DNA from: the human T2T-CHM13v2.0 reference genome, Homo sapiens
Length of the DNA stretch: 64,000 nt
Assembly: GCF_009914755.1 (NCBI RefSeq)
Contig: NC_060934.1
Reading direction: 5' to 3' (one strand)
A program made the position numbers and the translations under genes. The notes under the pieces are model-generated. The model was not told where the DNA came from. It did no database searches and saw only the letters and a program-made list of their open reading frames with translations. The first letter of the stretch is position 1. Every line of letters starts with the position of its first letter. Below are positions 15,501 to 30,094 of this stretch, one piece after another.

Positions 15501-17719
15501 GTGAAGAAGATGAAGACTAACATTGCTCTCACAGAACCCAGTGCATCTAAAGCTCCTTAATGCTTCCCCCATGGATGCTTGTTGAGTGACTGGATGGACC
15601 TAGGCAGAGTTTTGCACTCAATGTGACAGACTGGGGAGGAGCTCTGTGTGGAGCAAGCGATGAAGTCCCACTGAATTCAATTGAGGGAGGACCCACTGTC
15701 TTCAAAAAGGAAGAGGCATCTCCATTCTAAAGGTGGAGCAACTGAGGCCCAGAGAGCTTAAATGCCCTGTATAAGAGGCAGAGCTTAGTCTCAAATCCAG
15801 GTCGGACTCCCTGCCTTTGTTCTTTTAATCCATGACTCCAAAGCTCCTTCCTGAATTGGTGGGTATAAATCCTCCTGTCTCTCAGAAACTTCTTCTCCAC
15901 TTTCCCTTGTGAAACTCTGTTTCATCTCATCAGCTTTCCAGAGTTATTTGGTGAAAGAGCATCCAAGGCAGGAAGATTTTTCTTGGATCGCTGTGATGGC
16001 TGCACCCTCCAAAAATGGGTTCACAAAGGGTAAGCATCGGCCCCACTCATTTTCCCAAACCATAGCAACCCTCTCTTTCTCTCCAAGAAAATTTTAAGTT
16101 GCCTGCATCACTGTACATATTATTAGCATATTTTCCAATCTCATATCAGAAAAGTCTTCTAATGAGTCCCAATCTAATGTGACAATCATCCAACAATAGA
16201 ACGGCTGCTGCATGTGGCACTGAGCTTTCAGTCCCTGGGGACATTTAAGTTGACACAGGAGATCACCTGCCAAGAATACCATAAAAGGAATTCCCTGTTA
16301 TATCAGAATGCTGACTGATTTCTGATGGCATTTTAATAAGCCAAGAATAGACGCTTCTTGACAGTAGACCCTGCCAAGTGAATATGCCTAAGGAGACTCT
16401 ACTTCCCAGTTTGCTTGATGTCCTGGAATAATTATTAAGAGCACCTCCTTTCCACTCTCACAAGTGCCCTGAGTAGATGCCAAAGAATATGGTCATCCAA
16501 TTTAAGTTGCACTTGGGTCCTTGGAGAGAGGCCTAATACATCCTGACACACTGGCTGCCAAACATCCAGGAGAAGATGGGGAAGCACAGTTGAGAATCTG
16601 CAGTGCTCCTGTAGCCACTCTAGGAGAGTTTCTAGTTCTCTGTTTAGTAACCTGATATACCAGCAGGCGAACGACAATGTCTAAAACCTCCATAGTTCTG
16701 TGCCTACACACAGGCACACACACACTAAAACACACACACACAGACACTCATGCTGTTCGCAGAGTATAGGAGATTCTCCGAGAGAAGCCAGTAGCATTTC
16801 CATGCTGCTAGTGGTCTGCTGATGAGTAAGTGTTGTTTTTTTAAGGCCTTGTCTGGCATTGAACATGATTAATAAATTGCTGGAGATGATGGGGACTGCT
16901 CTACTGTGATTGAGTTACTGGAGGCTTACAAGGATGAAAACAGGGATCTCTAGATTTCAGATCAAAAGCAGTCCATAAAACACAGCCCCTCAGGTCATGG
17001 GAAGTGGCATCCGCAGGCTTCTCAAGATCGCTTCCCGGTGAAAAGAGTAAACCAGCCTCTGATCCCATACTGAACTCTAACTCACATGGGGTTCGAATGT
17101 GTCATATGCTCTCTGTACCTCAAGTAATAAAGCAGGGAGTAGTGGGAGCCCATCGCTTATGGCTACTTTTCTCAGGAAAACTTAAGACCATGCAGGATGG
17201 GCTGGCTCAATTTTGACAGAGAGGGTGTCTCTGCACTGCTACCTTAGTGCGCACAGTGATTTAATGAATACACGCCTCAGTAGTGACTGAACAAAAGCAG
17301 TCTCCAGGAGACGCTGCACCAATGCAAAGAAACACAATCCAAGCATCTTGTGGCAGAAGTCCCAGCAGTCCCCAGCCTGGGACCAAAGGAGGCCTGGCCA
17401 AGCCTTGATATAAGCTGCTTTCCCACTGCACAAGGGCAGAGTCCCCAAGTGAAGAACTGCCCCAGTTCTGGCTCAAGGAGTTGGTGGTCACTCCTTGTCT
17501 TCATTTCAGGGGCTTCTAGAAGACCCCCTTTCCCCGAAAAGTATTCTCTATCTAAGAGCCTGAAATTTCACCATTAGAGATTACTTCCTTTCAATTTTAC
17601 CTTAACTCTCTTTCTTGGACTTCTTAAAAAGCACAAGGAATAAGGAGCAAATCCATACTGAGTTGTTAATGATTTCACAGGGTGATGTTGAAATGGCAGC
17701 CTACTGAATATCCACTTGG

Positions 17720-18040
17720 GCTGTAGGTTACAAGTGCATTTCCAAATATTCTGATTCCAAAGGTCTGATGAACAGCTTAGAACTCTGCATTTTCAACAGG
17801 CACCCTGCACCCCCATCTGCTGTAATTCTGAAGCACTTTGAGAAAGTTCATTTCAATGCACCATATCCTCTCAGGGAAAGATAACTTCATTCAGAGTTTT
17901 TAAAACCTGGATTGTCAGGTTACACCCCAGAGCAATTACATCAGCATCTCTGTGGGGAAGACCAGGTATCAGTATTTTTCTGATGTATTAGAAAAAGAAA
18001 GCTCCCCAAGTAATTCCAGTGTGCAGTCAGGGCCGTGGCC
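17720..18040. mobile_element. MER5-type MITE fragments
   Basis: 'ctgcattttcaacaggcacc', 'caccccagagcaattacatcagcatctctg' and 'gctccccaagtaattccagtgtgcag'. Confidence 0.6.
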
Positions 18041-18810
18041 ACCTGAACAGCCAATGGGTGGGATCTTAATGCTAACACAGCAGAGCAAATGGAACATGTG
18101 ACTATCTCCAGGGATCTGGGCTGCCTGGGACTCAGGTCTCTGCACTGGCGAAGTGGGCAGCTACCTGGTCTTCAATGTCCCCACTTGAGTGACCCTGGAG
18201 GAGTCTTCAGTTGACTCAGTTATGGAGGAGCCCCATCTCCCCTATACAAACCCACACCTCTCCTTGAAACCACGGTGATAGGGAGGCTGCCCCAAGCTGT
18301 ACCTCTGAGGAGATACAGGTAAGTAGAGGCTGGGACAGAGCCAGACCCAGACAATGATTGGCCATTTGCTGCCACTTGGATTTCAGTAGCCTGAGTTGCT
18401 TTGGCAGGCTGTTCCCTGGCTCTGTGGGGTCCCTCAAGCAAGCACAGCCCTCTCACCTCCTGCTTTTGGGCACCTCTGGGACCAGGTGCAGGATTTGGCC
18501 CTCAAGCATTGTGCTGGGTGGATAGCTGCTTCCTGCCAGTGGCAATGCAGGCCTCATTCCTTGTCAAGGAACAGGCAAGGGCAGAAGGCAGAAGTCACAT
18601 ATGGTTGAGAGACTCTCTAACTCCAACTAAATCCACACCATTTTTGAGCAAAATGGGGGTTGTGTTCATGTATGAGTTCCCACCAATCTCTATCCATGTG
18701 GCAATTCCATCTGCAAAACCCAAGAAATAGTGGTGCATGTTGGTCCCGGGGAACTGGGAACTGGAGTGAGCTCAGCAAGAGCCCAGAAGTCCGGGAGAAC
18801 TGGTGCTTAG

Positions 18811-19186
<376 letters not shown>

Positions 19187-19289
19187 CAAGCGCTCTTTTT
19201 AGAGGCTTGAGGGTAAACTTCATCCCAGCTCCCTCTAATAGAAATATTCAAAGATTCAAGCCACTTTTGTAATTTTGAATGTCCCAGTT

Positions 19290-19710
19290 AGCCACATTTC
19301 AAAAAAAAGAAACATATAATATTAGTGTGTAAAGTGTTTCATATTTAACCCAATATATCCAGAATATTTTTACTTCAACATGTCATTAATATTAAAAATT
19401 CCTAATGAGATACTAGAAATACTTCATGCACCTGACACCCCCACTGAAATATAACAGTGTTTCATGTGTTGCAACAATTGTTGCATCTTGTGAAAATTAG
19501 TCCTACCAAAACAACAAAGTATTGTTTAACAGACAAACATTTTATATTCCTTCAGTTTTTAGGTTTATATTTTTGTTAATTAAAGTTAAACACAAATTAA
19601 AAACTCAGTTCCTCAGTTGCACTGGCTACACTGAAGTGCCCAATGGGCACATGTTGCAAGTGGGTACCATACTGGGCAGACTGAGAATGTTTCCATCAGG
19701 GTGGAAAGTC
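19290..19710. mobile_element. hAT-Charlie MITE relics (MER33/MER3-like)
   Basis: 'tatttaacccaatatatccagaatattt' and 'aaaactcagttcctcagttgcactggctacactgaagtgcccaatgggcacatg'. Confidence 0.7.
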
Positions 19711-19884
19711 CTTAGATCCCTTAAATAATTAGAAAAGGTCCCAACTCTCATTCTGCTGGTCCAGGCTAGAGACACTTAGAAGTGTCCTGAGTGACATGGG
19801 TGCTCTCTCGTCTCACAAAAAAGAAGCACAAGAGTTAAGGGCTAGAACAGCATAACTAGAACACCTCCCAGAGATGTGGCCTAG

Positions 19885-20045
19885 AGCAGGTAACTCTCAA
19901 GGCTCAGTTCCTGCCTCTGACAGAGGAGCCGAAGATGAGCATCTACCACAAAGAGGTGTAAGGATTGAGTAAGTTAATATGTTTGTAAAACACTCAAAAC
20001 AGTGCCTGGCACATAGCAAGCTCTCTAGAAGTAAGTGCTAAATAA
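19885..20045 (+). mobile_element. MIR
   Basis: 'aggattgagtaagttaatatgtttgtaaaacactcaaaacagtgcctggcacatagcaagc'. Confidence 0.78.
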
Positions 20046-20339
20046 ATCCCCAGTTCAATGGCTGCCAGTTGGTTGCCAGACACTCTGACATCTTTCATCC
20101 CAGAATGGCCTTACTGGAAGATGCAAAAAAAATCTCTCATTGTGAACAGCTCCCAGCCTTCTGGCTGCCAAAATTATACATTGATTCACCTGAGCCTTAC
20201 CTGATGCAAAACACCACAACCCCACACCCTGGGGGAAAAAAAAAGCTCAGATACTCTGAAATGTTCTAGAATGTCTGTCCCTTTCCTATCCTCCAAACCA
20301 TATCTTCCTGACCCTCCAAGGTGAGGACAGAATGCCATC

Positions 20340-20945
20340 CCTTCTCCAGGTTATTTCTCCTTATTCAGGTCTGAGTCCAGGCCAGCTCCTCCTACAAGGC
20401 CTTTCCTGACTATCCTTTCTAAAGCACGACTGAGTTGTGAGCAAGCAAGTACATGCAGTTAGGTGCACACAGCACTGGCCTGTCCCCTCACACTGTTTCA
20501 TTTCCTTCATTGGCTTATCATTCCCTGAAATCACATTGTTGACTTACTTCTTACTTGTCTATTGCTTGCCTAACCTCAAAAGAAAATAAATTCTGTAAGG
20601 ACACAGACCTGGTCTGTTCAGTCCTTGCTGTATCTCTAGCACCCAGGTGTGAGTACCTAGAACACAGTACATGCTTTATATACAATTGTTGAATGAATGA
20701 ATGAATACCCTCCTTAAAGTATAGGTTCCTATTTCCCCTTGCTTGATATTCCAAAGCACTTTCCATCTTTCATATTTTGAAGGCAGTCAATTCCATAATA
20801 CTTGATACATACAGTTAACTATTTTTGTGTATATGTCTTATCTCCCCAACTAGACAATAAGCCCCTTTGATGGTATGTCTTGAATGTACATCCCTCCTGA
20901 GGTCCTCTTGCATCCTCAATGAATACTTGTTGATGAATGACTGGG
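20340..20945 (+). mobile_element. Two L2 3'-end fragments
   Basis: They end in 'gttgaatgaatgaatgaat' (~20705) and 'gttgatgaatgactg' (~20942). Confidence 0.72.
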
Positions 20946-23900
20946 AAGAATAAAGCACAAATCTTAAATTAATTTTCTTGGTCACACATACTAGACTATT
21001 TCTACAAATAATAATTTTTAAAATGAAGTAAATATATATATATATACACATGCATCTATATATGTGTATTATGTTTCTCATCCTAATTAAATGAAGCTAT
21101 TTTTGCAACTGTTTTCCAGTCCAAGTGTAAAACTGTAAAGAATAATGCTAAATGTTAGATCATTAAGTTGGTTTTCTTTAATTATATGGCAGTGTTTCAA
21201 AAAGGCTTTGAGTCACCTTTAAGATTCCTTGCCAGGGGTACAGCACACTACATTTAAAATGGCACTTATCTTAGTAAACACATTTCTATTGCAAATGATT
21301 TGTTCCAATAAGCAATCCCTTGGCAAAGAGCTGCTATTTCTTCTAGACCCCCTACCAAAACATGGACCTATTATAAGCGCCAGAGAAGAGAAAGCTTAAA
21401 AAGCTTCCTTTATCAGAAGTTACCAAGATACATTCCCTAAAGCAGAAGCATCTATTCATCTACCCTTTTCTCTGATTTCAAAACCTATAGCACTTACTTT
21501 TTGTAAATATCTTCTATAAGGTAGCTGTAAATAAGTCCTCAAAACCTATTGTGAAGTAAGCTATAGATGTAAATATACATTCATCTTTTTTCTCTCTCTC
21601 ATTTTCTTTCCTCCTGCCTCTCTCTTATTCTCCCTTTGTTTCTGTTTTTCTAAAACAAAAATCAGTAGGTTGGTCACAGGCAAATACAAGTTCAATTTCT
21701 ACCAGAAAGCTGAGTTCTTGAGTGATTAAGCATACAAACCAATCATTTGAAGGGAAAAAAAATCCAGTAAAGGCTAAATTATTTTCTGAAGTACTTATTA
21801 CATTACATGAAGAGCTTATTATGATAAGCTATTATACTTGCAAGATGAATTGAATTCACATTCAGGCAACTCATCTATTCCTAGAGAAACACAGATAAAA
21901 AATTTTATAGCAACCTGAAAAGGTTTGTGGAATGGATATAAAAGAGATCAATACTATAAGATTTTAATGTCAAATTGAAACAATAGAAAACATGGTCCAA
22001 AACAAGGTCTCAATTTCCAATAAAAAGGAAAAGAAGAGATAACTGGTGAGCAGAGGAGAGGACAGTCCTTCAGGCAGGAGTGGCTGGGGAAGGACCTGGT
22101 GGAAGTGTAATTAAGCTGTAAAGGAATCATGGATAGAATTTGGAGGGTGGAAAGCAGTCCACCTGTAAGTTCATTTATTCCACGTGTATTTGTTGATTTC
22201 TTACTATATGCTGGGCACCATTCCCAGCACAGGGGCTATCACAGAGAACACATGACAAAGACCCCTTATTCAGATGATATTCTAGTGGGGAAGGCACCAC
22301 TTCTAGAAATTAGTTATGAAAAAGCAGGCACCCTTTTATGTTTACGTGTACATACATGGAAAGGAGGCATTCATGTTTTTGTTTTCTACTGCCCTTCTCT
22401 TGAGCCTGGAAGGTTTTCCTTTGTACTGATGGCTAGCATTCCTCTTAGCTTTGTGGAGATTTGCCTTGCAAACAAAGAGTTCCCTCTCTTCCCTCTTGCC
22501 ACTGTTTACCATGGGGATGCAGTTAAGGATCATGACAAGCCATAAAAGATTTCTCCTAACTCTTTCAAGTATGACTATCCTGATTATAGCCTCCAGATAT
22601 GGCCAGCCAGAATCACACACTATTTATAGGCTTAACCCACAGGCAGAATTAGTCATGTATCACACATGACTAAAATGCAAGACTCTCCCAGACCTAGGGT
22701 CCTAAACAAATCCCCTCTCCTTCCCTAAACCTTCCAAAGAAGGGCAGTGAGGATGCCCCCACAATGTTCTTCCTACAGACATGTTTATTTAAGATCTCCT
22801 CCCCATCCCCTAATCAAGGAAACTACACAACTGAGCTAATCATTTAAATGATGCTACTGAGAAACGAAGCCATTTTCCTTGTTAAAAATGTGCTTGCCAC
22901 CCTATCCATTTATCTATTTCCTTGGCAGTGCTCACTGTTAATTTATTGCCCAATAAAGCACAGACACTAGCAGAGCTGCTGAACCATGCCTAGTGGAAGC
23001 CCCACTATTTCATCCCAGCAAAGGCAACTGACAAGCCCAAAGCACAAACACAAACACATTGGATGCCACAAAGCCGGGCTGGCTAACCCCGACTCCATTT
23101 GTCATCCCAGAGACACAGAAGGGAGGGCGGTTTACAGCCTTCTGGAGAATGTAGGTGATTAATAACTATCGATTGTCAGAGGAAATGGAGTAAGTTTGGT
23201 CGGTTAGCCAACTGCCATGGGTTTTCTTTCTATTGGATGGTAAACCTCACTGCCGCAGAAGCCATCTCATGGTGAGTTTTGTGGGGAGAGAAACTGAGAA
23301 GGGAAGTGATGAAGACCGAGATGGGGCAGCCTTGGCTGGCCATGGTGTCCACCATTCGGGCAGATTGCCTCCTGTTGCCTCCTGCAGCTAACACACAGCC
23401 ATCACTCATAAAGTCCCAGGCAGATGTGTGCTTTTAGTGCAAAACCTTGGCAATCATTATCTTGAGTGTGGAGGGGCTTTTCTTTTCAGAGTCTCCTTCA
23501 TGGGCAACTGGATCAACCACACAGAAGGCAGATCCTTCTTATTTGGACAGCTTAGACCTCAGAGAGCCTATACCAACTGAATATTTGTGAGGTAGGATCT
23601 GAAAGCACAACCCTGAGCTTCAGGATACTCTTTCTGATGTCTTGACTAGCTCCAGTTTGCCTGGAGGTTTAAAGGAAAATGTACCCAGAAAACCTGGGCT
23701 CTTACTCCAGTATCTGTCTAATACAGGAGGAGGAAGCCTTCTCAAAGCCAAAAGAACAGAACACCAAGAGGGGTTCCAAAGATTGGGTTCAAAAAAGTCA
23801 TTGAATGTTACTTTGAGAAGGAAGCAAGATCACCTAGTCGTAAGCCTGTATTTTAGAGGAGAAAACTGGGACCCAGAGAGGAATTGACTTGTCCAACGCC

Positions 23901-25204
23901 CTATTGTGTGTTATGGACAGAAGCAAAATTAGGAGGATGGGTGAAAAAGAAGGAAGTTCCAAAAGCCCACAGGGTCTGCCTTCCATTGCCATAGTCCCAA
24001 TTGTTGCTCCCCTAGTGAGGGCACAGCTGGCCTAACCACTCACAGGCAAAAGACATAAGACTACAACAGACCCCACAAAACACATGCACATCATCCACTC
24101 CTGCAGGAAGTTGTGAGCAGGTTGCCCTGCTCCACCATCACCGCTCAGCAGGAGGTAGAGAGGTAGATGAGAGGAGCACAGGACCTGAGAACCAGGAGAA
24201 AAGGATGGCAAGGGAGGCCCAGCCCCAGCCAAGGCCCAGCCCAGTTATGTAATCCACCCTGGGAGGTTATGCCCGCTGCTTTCCATCCACGGATTTTGCA
24301 GGATGGGTCTTCACTAGGAAGATGGGGGAAATGTCCCAGAGGGAATCCTCACCAGCCCTGTCCCATGTCAAGTTCTTTATGCCTCTGAACCTTCCTCAAA
24401 CGGTGTCCCCCCTTCCTTGCCCTTGCCCCACCTCTCCACATTCACAGGGCATCTTAATTCCCTAAGCTGAGTCAACATGAGTACCACAGTCCTCTCCGCT
24501 TAACCAGGCTGCTGCATCTCAGAGTGAGCCTCACAGACACGCACAGAATCAGCACCTGCTGGGCATTTTCATGTAATTTGATGATCACCTCTGTAATAAG
24601 ACTCCTCAGGAGCTGAGACCATCCTTCGTCTACCTTCTAGCATTGTGTCTCCATTGGGCCATTGAGGCCATCTGCTCTGGAAGTTCCTGCAGGGGCCTGC
24701 TAACAGGTAGATGCCTAGGCCTAATCCCTGACTTGCAAACTCAGAATCTTGAGCCAGTTCAGGAATAACTGCCTAGAGTGCCTCCCACAGCAAAGGGCAT
24801 ACTGCAGACATCAGGAAACACTCATTGATCACAGAGAGGGGCTTGGCGTCAGGGGACCTAATTTTAACCTTGCTGTGTGGCCCTGCGGAAGTCACTTAAC
24901 CCTCTGGTATTCAACTTCTTCACCTCTAAAATAAATGTCAGACATTTGTGGATCATGGATGTGAAGTTACCAACACAGATCCAGGCTCAGCAGGTACTCA
25001 ATTCGAGATGTCTGTATTATGCGTGAGGTTTGTTCATACACAGATTGACCCAGTAACTACCCTGAACCAGATCCCCAGGGAGTGGGTTTCTAAAGGCTGG
25101 GGACTGGGCCTGGCTTGAGAATATACTAATCACACAATATATTTATAATAGCCAAACACACTACATAACCTATCATATTATAAATGAATAATACTATAAA
25201 ATAT

Positions 25205-25420
25205 TAATAGCAAACAAAATATGGTACATATTTTGTGCCAGGCACTATTCTAAATATTTTACTTATATTTCCCCATTTAATCCCCACAAAAAATTTAGAA
25301 GATAGTTCTATTATTATTATCCCCACTTTATAGCTGAGGAAACTGAGGCCCAGGGCTGTTAGGTAATTCTCCCAATGTCCTGTAGCCAGTAAATGACACA
25401 CAGCGGGGATTCTTCAAACT
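25205..25420 (-). mobile_element. MIR (well preserved)
   Basis: 'gtgccaggcactattctaaat...ccccactttatagctgaggaaactgaggcccag'. Confidence 0.85.
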
Positions 25421-28037
25421 CCCACACCTTCCTGAGATGTCAGCTGGCTGTGTGGTTCATGCCTTCTCTTCATTGTCTCTGCCCTGAGATGTGCTCAGCA
25501 AGTGGTCGTTGCCTTAAGAGAGCTTTGCCTTCCCAGCATGGTTGGGGGAAGCTCTCCCTCCTTCAAGGGAGGAGAAGAAGGGGTGAGGAGCCACTAACAG
25601 GGCTCACCTGCAAAGTTTTCAGGACCATACCTCCAGGCCAAACTCTAATGAGAAGGAGCATTCCTGGGCCTCAGCTCCCTGGGGTTCAGACTTGGCCCCT
25701 TACCATAAAGAGGTCAACTAATGCAAAATGCAGAGGCTGCACCATGATAGCTTTTCCACGATGGGTCTGGGCCAGGATTGAGGGCACTGTCCAGCAAGCT
25801 GATGCATTTTTAAAACTTCCGAATCATTGATACTACCTCCCCAGGGAAAGGAAGACCTCAGCAGTTTCTCCAACACCCAGTCCACATGCCAACCTGCCAG
25901 AGAAGCTGGGACGGACCACAGCAAAAGCACCAGCACCCAAGCTCTGCCACAGACAACTGACTTTCAGGGACATGAATGACCTCCTCACTGAAAATGACCT
26001 TCCCCAGGGGGCTTATTCTCTGAACTTCTGGAATCACCAATCACTTCTCCATGTAACTGACTCTACATCAAAGTCGATGCAACAGATCACATTTCTCACC
26101 ACTCCCACTGCCCCAACCTGGATGCAAAGTGTCATGGTCTTTCACCAGATTATTACAATAACCTCCTAAGTGGTCTCCCTGCTTCTACACTTGACCCCAA
26201 GTACCACAATTGGAGAAGGATGATCTCCAAAGCTGCCTGGGAAGTCTGCAGTTACGCCTTTGGACATGGACTGTTGGGACTTTTCAGTTTCTAAGAGTTC
26301 AAAGAAAAAAGAATGCTAGAGATGTTTTCTTTCCATCCAAACAACTAAAGGCTTGTATCTTTCCATTAATCAATACCAAGAGCTGTTCATGCAGCTCAAA
26401 TCCAAAAATGAGCATGCTGAGTTTCTCAAGTCTGTCCTCTGATGATATGTATATAATCAGCATGCTCTGTTGTAGACCTTTGTGACAATCTGTGTCACTT
26501 AGTACAAGTTTACCCAATGTCATTTGCATTTAAGCAAATGGAAAAGAATTTTCTCAGACCCTACTATGACTCTGGCCACCTGATAGGTGCTATAGAGGAC
26601 AAAACAGAAATATAAAATATGATTCTCTCCTTTAAGGAATGTATTTTTTCTGATGGAGAGACAAAATAAATGCCCAACAGATAGACAAACAACCATATCA
26701 GACCATTTAACCATTTCCATATGGTTAAATGGAAATATCAGTAGGAAAGATATTAAACACCTTGGGAATTCAGAAGCAGATGATCAGTTTGGCTAGAATG
26801 GCTGGGAAGATAATCTATCAAAAGTAAGAAAAGTGATAAATGTGTGAAGTGTAAATGAGTTGTAGTATTGCATCCCAACAGGCAACAAATATTTCGTGCA
26901 CTGGATTGAACTGCTGCTAATACTACTTTCCTCTCTCCTGCATTTGGAAAAAAACAAGGTGGTCTCCGAAATCCAGCCTCAACCCAGGACTATGGAAATT
27001 TGTAATGGCAGTGAAGACAAAAAATATTTTCTCTGCCATATGCGGTCACCAAAAGCAAAGCAAAAATTAAAGCAAAGTATATAGGATTTGGTATGGTAAA
27101 AGTGAAGAATCACATGACGATTCGTTAAAGAATATAACCTCCACCCAAGGGGACAGTTGAGGGATAGCAAAGTCATTAAAGCGTCACAGCTAAAAGGAAA
27201 AATAAGTCTTTCAGCTACTATTATCCATCCCTCTGCTATTCAGTTTCATGAAGTGAAGCTACTGGAGTAGACACTGTATTACATCACAAATTTGTTACAG
27301 ACATTCCTGTAAAAGTGGCTTTTTCCTCATAGACTGAAAATACACCTGAAGATCCCCTCATGATGAATAGGAATAGTCCATTTTAGATGAGTAGATTTTG
27401 GAAGTGTTTCCACACTTTTTTTTGTTTTTAGGTTTTTGGGGGGTGTGTTGTTGTTGGAAGCTCCAGCATTTTCCTCTTCACCACCTGCAGCACTGGGACA
27501 GCAAAGCTGAAGAATCTCATTAAGCTTCGACAAGACCAATTTTTTATTTTTAGCCAGTCTTTTAAGACAATGTGAACTCTACTACATTTAGAATAATTAT
27601 TCCATCAACTATTTACTTAAACATTTTAGAGGAAAGGAAAGAAACTGGGAGATGTTTAAGGCTTTTTATAACAGATTGTTTCAAGGGTAAATAGAAAAAT
27701 CCAAATGCAGCTGCTGAAAACACGTAAGCCCATGGCAGGGTGCCCACTTGCTGCAGCGGAAGTGAATGGTGAGAAGAGATGAAAGATGTGGAAGACAAAT
27801 GTACCCAGGGCATCCAATCCCAGCAAGCGGACAAAGGGCAGATTCATAACACTACTTTGTGGTTAACTGGTAACTTTCATCAGGGAACCTCAACACACTT
27901 TACAAATAACACTTATTTTCCTGTCTCACAGAAGCAGGGAGATAAATGGCAAGCCCAAACGTCACACAGCAAGGGTGTGATGATTTTAAGAATAAAATCC
28001 AGACCTTATTTCCCAGTTGGTGGCCTACCAGGTGTCT

Positions 28038-28393
28038 TGATATGGTTTGGCTATATCCCCACCCAGATCTCATCTTGAATTGCAGCTCCCACAATTCCCA
28101 CATGTCATGGGAGGAACCCAATGGGAGGTAATTAAATCATGGGGCAGGTCTTTCCCATGCTGTTCTCATGATAAGGAATAAGTCTCATGAGATCTGATGG
28201 TTTTATAAGGAGGGGTTTCCCTGCACAAGTTCTCTCTTGCCTGCTGCCATATAAGACTTGCCTTTTGCTTTCTGTCATGATTGTGAGGCCTCCCCAGCCA
28301 CATGGAACTGTGAGTCTGTTAAACCTCTTTTTCTTTATAAATTTCTCAGTCTCAGTTATATCTTTATCAGCAGCAAGAAAACAGACTAACACA
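28038..28393 (+). mobile_element. THE1 (MaLR) solo LTR
   Basis: 'tgatatggtttggctatatccccacccagatctc...gactaacaca'; TSD tgtct/tgcct. Confidence 0.95.
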
Positions 28394-28883
28394 TGCCTCC
28401 CTTCGAACCCACAGTACATCCCCACCATTTGCTCTTTCCATAAACCAGTTTCCTTTGAAAACTTCCAGATCCTTCCTCCTCTAATAGAGAACACCAACAT
28501 ACCAAAGACTACTTCAGACATGAAAGAAATGGTGTGCTTATCTTGAAATCTCAAGTGGAATGGTAAAAACTTACCTAGGTTCATCAATGCGCTAGAAACA
28601 CCACAAATTACCAATGCAGGGGAAAATGAAGTATGCTGCTACAAGGGATGCATTGACAGACTCCAGAGAACGCCACTCTTGGTAAGCTGATTCTGACCAT
28701 ATAGAAGTTATTTTATAATTCTGTAAATTGTACATAAGTGACAGCAATGCAAATAATTCCTGTCCATGGACATGAAAATTCTGTCCTGTCCAAGAGAAGT
28801 TCCATTGACTTCTCTCCTGCCTTTGTGGAAAAAAACAGTTTTGCCTCTGTTTCCACATTCATTTAAATATTACTGACCTGTAA

Positions 28884-29239
<356 letters not shown>

Positions 29240-30094
29240 TAACATCTGCCTGGTCCCCTCATTGAATAGGAGTAGAATAAAATCTTTAACACATATTCAT
29301 TTTGATATCTGAAAGTCATGATTTTCTTCTTTTGTGAAAATTAATTTTTAATACCAATTCAATCTCAGAAATGCTCAACCTCAAAGTTAGAAACACAGAT
29401 GGGAACAGCAAGAGATGTTAGAACTCACAAGAGGACTGATGGAGAAAATAGGGGTGTAGATCTCCGAACACAAATTGGAAAAGATTTTCTTATGAGAACA
29501 AATCCATAAATCAGAAAATATCTGTGATTTTATCCTCTATCTTCCTACCACTTCAATCTTGTTAACTCAAATATAAGACATGTTAACTGGATCCAGGACC
29601 TGAGCCCTGGCAAGTGCCACAGACAACAGCATGCTATCCAAAGGACTGCCCTTAGGAAGCCCTTAGGAAGCCTTGAATGCATTAGAAAAAAAGTACTCTC
29701 CCCTCTGGCTGACACAGCACCATTCTGGAGCCTCTGGCTTAGCAAAAGGGGTACAGGTTGCATTTGAGTGCTTTCTTGTACCTTCTTCAGCTGGGCACCT
29801 TTGTGCAGTACTCAACCTATACAACTGTACATGGTGGCCATGAATGGAAGGACCACTCATGACCCAGGACCCAAAACCATAACAGGGATATATAGCTAGA
29901 GAACAGCTGCTGCTAAGCAGGGCATGAGAGAAACTGAGAGGGCTGTGTCCGGGCTGACTTTATCTAGACCACTGAGATCCAATACGATTGAGGAAAATCA
30001 CTAACTCTATGGCACCCTGCTCCAGCCATGCCTGGGAACCGGTGACTGCCTTATGATGGGATGCCCTTTTCAGGGAGTCAAGAAGTGCCTGACT

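Noticed and set aside
28570-28600. Isolated strong minus-strand donors (TAG|gtaagt here; also ~25605 and ~53655)
   Set aside because: No convincing partner acceptor at a plausible distance; such motifs are common by chance.
28132-28614. 160-aa and 119-aa ORFs
   Set aside because: They largely overlap the THE1 LTR and show no recognisable domain.
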